A stretch of 32,561 nt of DNA from a virus (Duplodnaviria > Caudoviricetes). Where the stretch lies: the IMG/VR virus record IMGVR_UViG_3300044522_000230, positions 1-32,561 of that record; one strand, 5' to 3'. This document shows, piece after piece, positions 25,987-32,561 of this stretch; the first letter of the stretch is position 1; every line of letters begins with the position of its first letter. Made by a program: the position numbers and the translations under genes. Under the pieces are notes generated by a model. The model saw only the letters and a program-made list of their open reading frames with translations, searched no databases and was not told the DNA's origin.

Positions 25987-26934
25987 TTAAGTTAGACTGT
26001 CCGGGACGTTGGACATTCGATCTCGCATCAATTGAGTAACGCTTTCAATTGCTCTGTCGCGACCACTTACAACGCGCTTGCCATTGTTCGTTGGTCGTGC
26101 AATCAATTGAGATTCACGTTGCTTAACTTGGTTGCTAAGTCGTCGTCGTTCAGCCTTTTGGACTTGGCTACCGAAAACGCTTCGGATTGCCTGATCAAAC
26201 GTTTCGCGGGAGTCCGGGATCCTCTTTTTGGATGCCTTCGCTCCATCGCGGATTCGTTGCATTTCCTCGACAACAGTTGCACGAGCCTTATATTCCTCGG
26301 AACGAGGAGATAGTGAAGATGCAGGGCCGTCACCAAACAGGTCAACGTAATCGTCGCCCAGTTTGGCAATCAGGTAATCAGCATCTTCTGGTCGTGCAGT
26401 ACTGGTAGCAGAATCAACAGACTTAGATCGAAGTTTGTCTAACTCTACTTTTAACGCCTTGATTGCTTTGATTGCTGACGGATCAAGTGCATCGTCCGCA
26501 TCAATAGCATCAACAGCGTCGTACTCGGAAAATAGGCCTTCGCCTTCTTCAGACTTACGTCTGGAATCTAGATCGACATTGGTTTCCGTGGTTGCTTGCC
26601 GCTGAAGAGCGGAAATCACGCTTCGGAGTGCGCCAGTGTCTTTAATTTGTTCGATCTCGTCTTCATTCATGCCAAGCCCACGCGCTTTGACAGTGAGACT
26701 CTGCAACAATGCAGAATCAGACTCATCAACTGGTTCAGCGGGTTGCTTAGAGTCCGGCGCGCCGGACTTTTTGTCAGATGAAGTAATGACATCAAAGTGA
26801 CTTGAGTCGGGTTCGTCAAAGTCAAGTGGATCAGGACGACTCTTGTCGTTCAATTGCTCGCGAGTTGGAAAAGCATCACGCTCACCAGCATCGAATGGAG
26901 GAATGAAGTTGTCGTTTTCTTCGTTAGTCGCCAT
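25987..26934 (-). CDS. Capsid scaffolding protein (~315 aa)
   Basis: Acidic disordered N-terminus, helical body, basic C-terminus, between portal and capsid; start reassigned to MATNEEND with AGGA RBS. Confidence 0.7.
   Translation of the reverse strand: MATNEENDNFIPPFDAGERDAFPTREQLNDKSRPDPLDFDEPDSSHFDVITSSDKKSGAPDSKQPAEPVDESDSALLQSLTVKARGLGMNEDEIEQIKDTGALRSVISALQRQATTETNVDLDSRRKSEEGEGLFSEYDAVDAIDADDALDPSAIKAIKALKVELDKLRSKSVDSATSTARPEDADYLIAKLGDDYVDLFGDGPASSLSPRSEEYKARATVVEEMQRIRDGAKASKKRIPDSRETFDQAIRSVFGSQVQKAERRRLSNQVKQRESQLIARPTNNGKRVVSGRDRAIESVTQLMRDRMSNVPDSLT
26751..26768. repeat. Dispersed palindrome copy 5 (inside scaffold gene, KKSGAPDSK)
   Basis: Direct reading; core followed by TTTTT on +. 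Confidence 0.97.
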
Positions 26935-27289
26935 ATCCTGCGTTCCTATCAATGAATCCACGCGCTGCAAGATACCGCTTACGGTGCGTTCGGTCAGTAA
27001 AAATCGCTTGGCCAGTTCGCTGGTCAAACTGTGTCGGCACCCCGATTGACTCGGAGTGCTGGTATGCCTCTTGTGCTTGGTCTGGGTGTACCCCGGCAGC
27101 GTCAGACCGCATTGGCCACGCTCCTGCCCTGACTACCTCGACACCGGAGTGTTCCGCAACCATGTCGCGGATAAGGGTCTTTCCCTCATGCTCCAGTTGG
27201 CCTTCCACTTCACGGGAAAGCATGTCGGCAATAGTCATTACTACTTCGACCAAACGCATATTTTCGTCACGATAGAGATATGTAGGCAT
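26924..27289 (-). CDS. FmdB-like small protein lacking the zinc-binding cysteines, 121 aa
   Basis: MPTYLY start and post-portal position typical of phage FmdB-like proteins; no Cys present. Confidence 0.55.
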   Translation of the reverse strand: MPTYLYRDENMRLVEVVMTIADMLSREVEGQLEHEGKTLIRDMVAEHSGVEVVRAGAWPMRSDAAGVHPDQAQEAYQHSESIGVPTQFDQRTGQAIFTDRTHRKRYLAARGFIDRNAGYGD

Positions 27290-27290
27290 T

Positions 27291-29084
27291 TTACTGTTGT
27301 TGTCCCTGATTTGCCATTGCCATCAGGTTTCGCATGGATTCTTGATCGTTACCCTGACGGGTAGCACCGGAGATGTTCTCGCGGATATTGGTTCGACTTG
27401 TAACAGGTGATTGCAATGGACGCTCGCCACTGCTTGCGCCACCGGCCATCTCAGCCATTTGCTGTAGTTCTTCCTGCGGGATCTTTTCAAGGATCTGTTC
27501 CAGTTCAGGAAGGTTGGAGTATTGCGCCATGATCTTCATAAACGCTTCCATATCCACGCCAATGCCACGTTCCTTCAACTGTGGCGCAAGCGGGATAATG
27601 AAATTGGTCATCATCTGGCTGATGGTTGACAGACGCTCCGTAGGTGTTCGACTTTGCATCGAATACGGCGCAATCTCAATCATGTAATCAAGCATGTCGC
27701 CCTCGCGGATGTCCTGCGAGAATTCAACTGGAATTGAAAAGTCAGTTCCGGGAATCTTCTTTATAACCTTTGGAACCGTAATTGGATCATTCCAAAGATA
27801 ATCGCCAATGCTTTCCATTACCTTTCTTACGGCTGTTGTTGTACGGTCTTGCATGTCAGCAATCAACATGTTGGCAGAACGCTGAATCAGCGATTCTTGT
27901 CCGACCGTGTTTGCCTGACGACCAAGACCACCAAGAGCATCAAGATTACCGCCGAGATAGACAAAGAGATCCTTGATCTGTAGGAGGAATGCAATGCTTG
28001 CACTATCAGGGCCGCCAAAGCGAGCCTCGCGAGTGGCTTGGGGATTGTCCGCACGAATAGTGTCTCCATCGTTTGATTGAATCAAACGACGACCATCTTC
28101 TTCTGCGCCACCAGAAACGATGGTGACAGTCTTTTGACGATCTGCTTGGCGAACGAGTTTGCGGAACACACGATTAGATGCATCGTGCAGGTCTAGCATG
28201 GCTTGTGCTGGAGGGAGAGGCATAATGTTGCCCGGAACGTCTCCAAACGACAAAATGTGGTACGGGCCAATTTCAGGGCCTTTCCAATCCACCACTCGTA
28301 TGATCTTTCCAGATGCAATGCCGCTTTGATCGTTGCATTGCACTGTGACAAACAGGTTGTCGTATGGAAGCCACAAATCCCACAACTCCAGCAGGTCGAT
28401 ATAACCGCGCTGTGGGTTCCATCCGCCGAGTCCACCTGTTTGTAAAATGGAAACTCTTTCATCACCTTGTTCGTTGTAATCAGTTTGGCGTGATGGCTGA
28501 AGTTCTTCTTTACCAAAAATCTTCAAGTCCATTGCTGCTTCATAAGGAAGTGTGTAACGGTTACCAACGTATTGACACAAGTCCCAAGACTTAGAGTTCA
28601 TGTCAAATACAAAGTCGTCAAAATCAACGACATCTGCAAATGGAAGTCCCGCGTCATGCATGTAGCCCTCAATCTCTGCTTGATTGCCGGGAGAGATGCC
28701 AACCTTCATAACGCCAATAGAGAACATTGCATCAATGACCCACTTTGAAATACTGGACTCAAGATCAATCTCTCTGACCATCCAATTTAATGCAAGTTCA
28801 AAGTTTGCTGCTGTTGGTGCAAGATCAGGATCCTTTGGAATAACCAAAGCCTGTGGCGCGCGCGCGGCAACTTGACGGCGATAGATGTTGATCGCCATCT
28901 GCATCAGGTTCAATGGAACCTTTTCATTCGCGCCCATCTCACCATAGTTACTTCCAACATATGCACGGACAGCGGCCAGACGCTGTTCACGGAACGGCTG
29001 CATTCGATTGCGAGAAAAATCAACAGACTCTAAAAGTCTGGATGCCTTCTTGTCGTCAATGGTTAGGTTGCGCTTTTTTGCCAT
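27291..29084 (-). CDS. Portal protein (~597 aa)
   Basis: Follows terL with TAATG coupling (start reassigned to MAKKRN); DAMFSIGVMKVG, DDFVFD, ANTVGQE and Gln-rich C-terminus resemble P22/SU10-type portals. Confidence 0.85.
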   Translation of the reverse strand: MAKKRNLTIDDKKASRLLESVDFSRNRMQPFREQRLAAVRAYVGSNYGEMGANEKVPLNLMQMAINIYRRQVAARAPQALVIPKDPDLAPTAANFELALNWMVREIDLESSISKWVIDAMFSIGVMKVGISPGNQAEIEGYMHDAGLPFADVVDFDDFVFDMNSKSWDLCQYVGNRYTLPYEAAMDLKIFGKEELQPSRQTDYNEQGDERVSILQTGGLGGWNPQRGYIDLLELWDLWLPYDNLFVTVQCNDQSGIASGKIIRVVDWKGPEIGPYHILSFGDVPGNIMPLPPAQAMLDLHDASNRVFRKLVRQADRQKTVTIVSGGAEEDGRRLIQSNDGDTIRADNPQATREARFGGPDSASIAFLLQIKDLFVYLGGNLDALGGLGRQANTVGQESLIQRSANMLIADMQDRTTTAVRKVMESIGDYLWNDPITVPKVIKKIPGTDFSIPVEFSQDIREGDMLDYMIEIAPYSMQSRTPTERLSTISQMMTNFIIPLAPQLKERGIGVDMEAFMKIMAQYSNLPELEQILEKIPQEELQQMAEMAGGASSGERPLQSPVTSRTNIRENISGATRQGNDQESMRNLMAMANQGQQQ

Positions 29085-30811
29085 TACCAACTTGTCCGTT
29101 CTAATTTTTTCTGTTGCGCGAGAAGTCTGCGCCACGCAAGCGTACCCGGCAACAGTTCTTGTTCGGCAATTCTTTGCTGTGTTTTTCCACGCATTCCCTT
29201 CCAACAAAGGGCATCGGCTGTTGGTCGGTCACCGTGGTTCTCTCTTGCTCCCGACGGGTCGGGCGTTGCAAGGGATCTACCGTGAACGACCCAGCCGGTT
29301 TCGGTATACACAATCTCCTTGCACTCACGCAAGGCATCTGCACTTCGGTTCATGCACTCGCCACAGTTCAATGCTCTCCTGTACTCGCCATACAAGGCGC
29401 GCTTTTCGTCCTTGGTAGGCCACCAGCCGGGGATATTTGACGCCTTTGCACCGATAGCCAACTCATTCTTACGGTAATAAACGTTCCGATACCCGTTCTG
29501 GATGACCACATCCCCGAAGTTTCGACCCGGCCCCGGTGCTTCCCAGACCATGTAAGCCTCGTTCTGCATGCCCTTAAACCACTTGCCAAGGGCAACTGCA
29601 TACTTCCCCAACTCGTCTGGGCGGATCTTGGAGTTGACAAACTCCCCCACCTTCTCCCCGGTCAAACAGTCCCCAATAGAAATAACGCTATTGGAAGATC
29701 CGGTACCAGTAGCGATATCCACTCCCAGTGCATAATTTCTATCAGACGGCAACTTCATACCCAGCACTGGGCGGATCCACAACTTCAATCGACCGTTGTT
29801 TGTTTCGGTAAATGAAATCGGTTCGCAGGTGACCGGGTCAAACTCAAGTTCACCGCGCAACAACGCTGGCTGGCCGCACGATGAAATCAAACGATCAATC
29901 ATCCCCGAATCAAAGAACAGGTAGTCGGAACCAGCAAAGTCAATGTCCAACTCTTGTGCAATCTCTGTTGCATTGGCACACCGCTTACATTCCTTGTCGT
30001 ACCAAGGTGAGCGCGTGCGGTTGTGGCCATCCTTATAAATGCCTTCTGCCTTAACGGGGTGCTGCGCCCAATGCATTCTGATCTGTTGCATATCGGGCTT
30101 TTGGGCAAGATCATAAAAAGCATTTGCACTACCGGCTGGGGTTGAGTTGAAAATGCGACACCGTGTCGCATCGCGCGTTGCACTCAATGCCCTGTACTGA
30201 TCCTGTGCATCAAAGGCGGCAAACTCATCCATCATAATTGCAGTACGTCGGTCACCACGGGCAACATCGCCTGTCGTTGATTCGCCGTCAATCGTGGACA
30301 TGTTGTCGTCATTCGACAATCGCAACTTCGTTCGGGTGATGTTTGGTAACAACCAGCCCGGCATGTTCTTATGTAAGAAATCAAACTTCCAAAACAGACT
30401 CTTCGGGTTACCCGCTTTGTCTACATAGTCTTCATTGCGTGACACAACAAGAAACGATTGGCCATGCTTGAACCGCCACAGCCATTCAAATGCAGTAAGA
30501 ATAAGCCACGATGCGCCCATGTCTCGACTCTTTGCAATCAACAGATCGCTGCCTACATCAACAGACTCAATGATCTTTAGAATCGCTTCGTCTTGGTATG
30601 GATAGGTAAGGAATGGAACTGTGCTTACCTTGAGTCGTGGGTCATACGTCCAACAGAACGTATTGATATAGAACATGATGTCACTGCGGCACATCGACAA
30701 CAGCGTGTTCTTTTCCTTTGTCCCCTGATTACCAAAGGCAATGATGTCTTTGCGAAACGCAAGGTTCGCTTCCATATCCTTGGGAACCAAATGGGCGTAA
30801 GGTAAAATCAC
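29084..30811 (-). CDS. terL: Terminase large subunit
   Basis: YPYQ adenine-binding motif, Walker A KSRDMGAS, Walker B IMMDEFA, coupling motif NSTP, nuclease LGVDIATG and HGDRPTADAL. Confidence 0.95.
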   Translation of the reverse strand: MILPYAHLVPKDMEANLAFRKDIIAFGNQGTKEKNTLLSMCRSDIMFYINTFCWTYDPRLKVSTVPFLTYPYQDEAILKIIESVDVGSDLLIAKSRDMGASWLILTAFEWLWRFKHGQSFLVVSRNEDYVDKAGNPKSLFWKFDFLHKNMPGWLLPNITRTKLRLSNDDNMSTIDGESTTGDVARGDRRTAIMMDEFAAFDAQDQYRALSATRDATRCRIFNSTPAGSANAFYDLAQKPDMQQIRMHWAQHPVKAEGIYKDGHNRTRSPWYDKECKRCANATEIAQELDIDFAGSDYLFFDSGMIDRLISSCGQPALLRGELEFDPVTCEPISFTETNNGRLKLWIRPVLGMKLPSDRNYALGVDIATGTGSSNSVISIGDCLTGEKVGEFVNSKIRPDELGKYAVALGKWFKGMQNEAYMVWEAPGPGRNFGDVVIQNGYRNVYYRKNELAIGAKASNIPGWWPTKDEKRALYGEYRRALNCGECMNRSADALRECKEIVYTETGWVVHGRSLATPDPSGARENHGDRPTADALCWKGMRGKTQQRIAEQELLPGTLAWRRLLAQQKKLERTSW

Positions 30812-31074
30812 TGTTGTAGTTCGTCAATCACATCACCCGCATCCTCCATCTTCATGCGTTGCACAAAGACCGGGGTGCCGTGACCAACCCATGCGCCGAT
30901 GACGTTGAACTCAAAGTACTCCTCCGCTTCGTCCTCGGTCATCTCATCATTCTTGATCAGGATGTCGATGCACAAAGCGCGGTCGTAGATTGCAAAGTGC
31001 CGATTAAACTGGGTGCCAACACCAATAAAGGCGTCCTCAAACCCATCAGCCAACATGATCTTGTCGTCTGCCAT
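30808..31074 (-). CDS. Conserved acidic phage hypothetical protein, 88 aa
   Basis: ADGFEDAFIG...AIYD...MTEDEAEEYFEFNVIGAWVG..TPVF, a recurrent aquatic phage family (recall). Confidence 0.8.
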   Translation of the reverse strand: MADDKIMLADGFEDAFIGVGTQFNRHFAIYDRALCIDILIKNDEMTEDEAEEYFEFNVIGAWVGHGTPVFVQRMKMEDAGDVIDELQQ

Positions 31075-31077
31075 GTC

Positions 31078-31362
31078 TTAACCCTCCCCTTCGTATAAGG
31101 CGTCATCCAACTTCTTTCTACGGCAATCGTTCAACAACTGATGAAGACGCGCTATCTCAGCGGTCATCCATGTCTGTTCACGCATCTCTTTTGCCAATTC
31201 AACTCGCAGGTGCTGGATTTCTTCAGAACATAAGGCAAGTAATGCCTCAGCCGTCTTGCAACGGGGCGAACTAAACTGAGCGACCTTTTCAACTATGTCC
31301 AGATCGGTGTCCTCAAGTTCGATCCTACATACATAATCAAGAGAGAGGTGTTTTCTCGGCAC
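31078..31362 (-). CDS. Hypothetical coiled-coil protein, 94 aa
   Basis: DIVEK...EEIQHLR...AEIARL repeats; fills the gap in the operon. Confidence 0.6.
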   Translation of the reverse strand: MPRKHLSLDYVCRIELEDTDLDIVEKVAQFSSPRCKTAEALLALCSEEIQHLRVELAKEMREQTWMTAEIARLHQLLNDCRRKKLDDALYEGEG

Positions 31363-31933
31363 TCATCGACCCTTCGCTTATTTGTCTGACCCGATCAATC
31401 AACAGTAATACGTCACTCCCGTCATCCGACAACCGCTCCGCTGCCTCCAACTGCTGCTTGCTCGGCATCATCTTCGACCATATCTGACCCCAGAACTGGG
31501 CCTCGTTCTGGTTGCTCCGGCGCGCCCATGCCAACATACTCCAAGACTCCGGACTCGGTGCGTCCTCCGGGTTCGGGGTATCCACCATCATCTGCTTGGC
31601 AACCCACTCAACCGTCCTCGTAATCGAACAACTCCGATCACCAAACACAGTCACATCAACCCGACCCTCCGCAGAAAAGTCCGGCGCGCCGGACTCTCTG
31701 ACCTTCTCCTCCACCACAAGTTCGTCTTCCGACATAACCACAACGCTAGGTACAGATCCATTCAAAGCCTCCGTGTAAGCCACATCCCACGCCTCAACCG
31801 CATCCATGCCAGCGGCCTTCAACTCCTCCCGACGCTTCACAAACACATTCCACAACCCCCGTTCCATCAACTCAGCGCGACGGGCCACCTTCCCCTTACG
31901 GTGTGCAAACTGGTCGTCAGTTAGTCGCTTCAT
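31337..31933 (-). CDS. Putative terminase small subunit (~198 aa)
   Basis: Helical protein three genes upstream of terL; ATGA-coupled start MKRLTDD with G-rich RBS; function inferred from position. Confidence 0.45.
   Translation of the reverse strand: MKRLTDDQFAHRKGKVARRAELMERGLWNVFVKRREELKAAGMDAVEAWDVAYTEALNGSVPSVVVMSEDELVVEEKVRESGAPDFSAEGRVDVTVFGDRSCSITRTVEWVAKQMMVDTPNPEDAPSPESWSMLAWARRSNQNEAQFWGQIWSKMMPSKQQLEAAERLSDDGSDVLLLIDRVRQISEGSMSAEKTPLS
31678..31695. repeat. Dispersed palindrome copy 6 (inside putative terS, ESGAPDFS)
   Basis: Direct reading; core followed by TTTT on the minus strand. Confidence 0.97.
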
Positions 31934-32211
31934 GTTTGTTCTCCCCCCTTCAACCACTCAACCATGTCGCCACAAACCCTATCCAACCATTCGATATCTG
32001 CCTGACCTGCCACCTTCCGGTCAATCACAATGCCACTCACTGGGTGTACCACCGAACAATGCGTCCGGGCTGGCGATACGTTGAATACCACCCCATCCTC
32101 ATCAACAGCCACAAACCCCGTAGCGGTGAGGGCCACGGTAAACCCCTGATCGCGCAAGTGCTGCATGATCACCTCCCGCTTGGCCAGTAATGGCTTTGTT
32201 CCTGTTCGCAT
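31930..32211 (-). CDS. Hypothetical protein (~93 aa), probably first gene of the operon
   Basis: Start reassigned to MRTGTK, 6 nt downstream of a -10-like box; stop overlaps the next ATG. Confidence 0.55.
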   Translation of the reverse strand: MRTGTKPLLAKREVIMQHLRDQGFTVALTATGFVAVDEDGVVFNVSPARTHCSVVHPVSGIVIDRKVAGQADIEWLDRVCGDMVEWLKGGEQT

Positions 32212-32217
32212 AGTGCA

Positions 32218-32226
32218 ACTATACCA
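32218..32226 (-). promoter_or_regulatory. Extended -10 promoter element (TGGTATAGT)
   Basis: TGn-TATAGT on the minus strand, 6 nt upstream of ATG 32211; no SD or clear -35. Confidence 0.45.
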
Positions 32227-32265
32227 CAAGTTGATAGTGGGTGTGATTTGTGGGGGTATATCTTG

Positions 32266-32300
32266 CACGATGCCCGAGCCGGGCATCGTGGTTTGGTTTT
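32266..32300 (+). terminator. Hairpin, possible plus-strand terminator
   Basis: 11-bp stem CACGATGCCCG / CGGGCATCGTG followed by GTTTGGTTTT. Confidence 0.4.
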
Positions 32301-32561
32301 CGCGGGGGTGCGGCTGCGTGTGCGTCGCGCGAGCGTGCGCGGATCGCGCGTTCCACTATTAGTCGGCGCGGTTGACCAGGCACCGGCTTGACCCAGCGCG
32401 CCCACCGACTGCCCGGCGTGATGCGGGAGCGTTTGGGAGCGGGTTCCGGCGGCGGCGGCGGGCACTGGCGTTGAAGCTGAATCAAACCCATTGCATATAT
32501 GGAACGCGCGCGCGGGTGGCGGAGACGATTGCCAGCTGCGGGGAATACCCTCCCCCCGGAA

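Larger units (their letters stand above)
1..32561. mobile_element. Tailed bacteriophage (Caudoviricetes) genome segment: packaging, head, lysis, tail and ejection module
   Basis: Collinear terL-portal-scaffold-capsid-adaptor-tail-internal protein genes on the minus strand, with many TAATG/ATGA translational couplings; no cellular housekeeping genes. Confidence 0.97.

Noticed and set aside
29085-29207. N-terminal extension of the portal ORF (similarly scaffold 26935-27027 and lipoprotein 23953-24018)
   Set aside because: These extensions overlap upstream genes; internal starts with coupling or an RBS (or, for the lipoprotein, a normal-length signal peptide) are more plausible.
31516-31526. 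Partial match TCCGGCGCGCC (also bare GGCGCGCC at 15239 and 15444)
   Set aside because: Lacks the outer arms and symmetry; compatible with chance in GC-rich coding sequence.
639-31694. Palindromes as a CRISPR array, REP/MITE elements or insertion-sequence ends
   Set aside because: Copies are kilobases apart with no spacers, no cas or transposase genes, no target-site duplications and no shared flanks.
7245-31694. SGAPD as a conserved peptide motif such as a protease site
   Set aside because: Codons are identical in all copies and two copies are intergenic, so the constraint is on the nucleic acid.
1375-31778. Numerous plus-strand ORFs in the six-frame track
   Set aside because: Antisense shadows of long minus-strand genes with no RBS or recognisable motifs.

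Overview
The window is part of a tailed dsDNA bacteriophage (Caudoviricetes) genome, or a prophage; no host genes or att sites are visible. Almost all of it is one tightly coupled minus-strand morphogenesis operon. In order it encodes: small terminase candidate, large terminase, portal, scaffold, BPP-1/epsilon15-type major capsid, a lysis-like membrane cluster, an array of tiny basic peptides, HNH, adaptor, a tail-tube-like gene, Cys-rich tail genes, and two very large putative ejection proteins. The larger (3675 aa) is a polyvalent protein with two zincin (HExxH) and two ADP-ribosyltransferase-like modules separated by a repeated DQS[I/L] junction. The operon converges at the left end on a plus-strand RusA-like resolvase. 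The most striking unexplained signal is a perfect 16-bp palindrome, GTCCGGCGCGCCGGAC (18 bp AGT..ACT in 5 of 6 copies), found six times at near-regular 5-7 kb intervals. Four copies lie inside unrelated genes, always read as SGAPD with identical codons, and two are intergenic. All family assignments come from motif recognition by eye, not from database searches.
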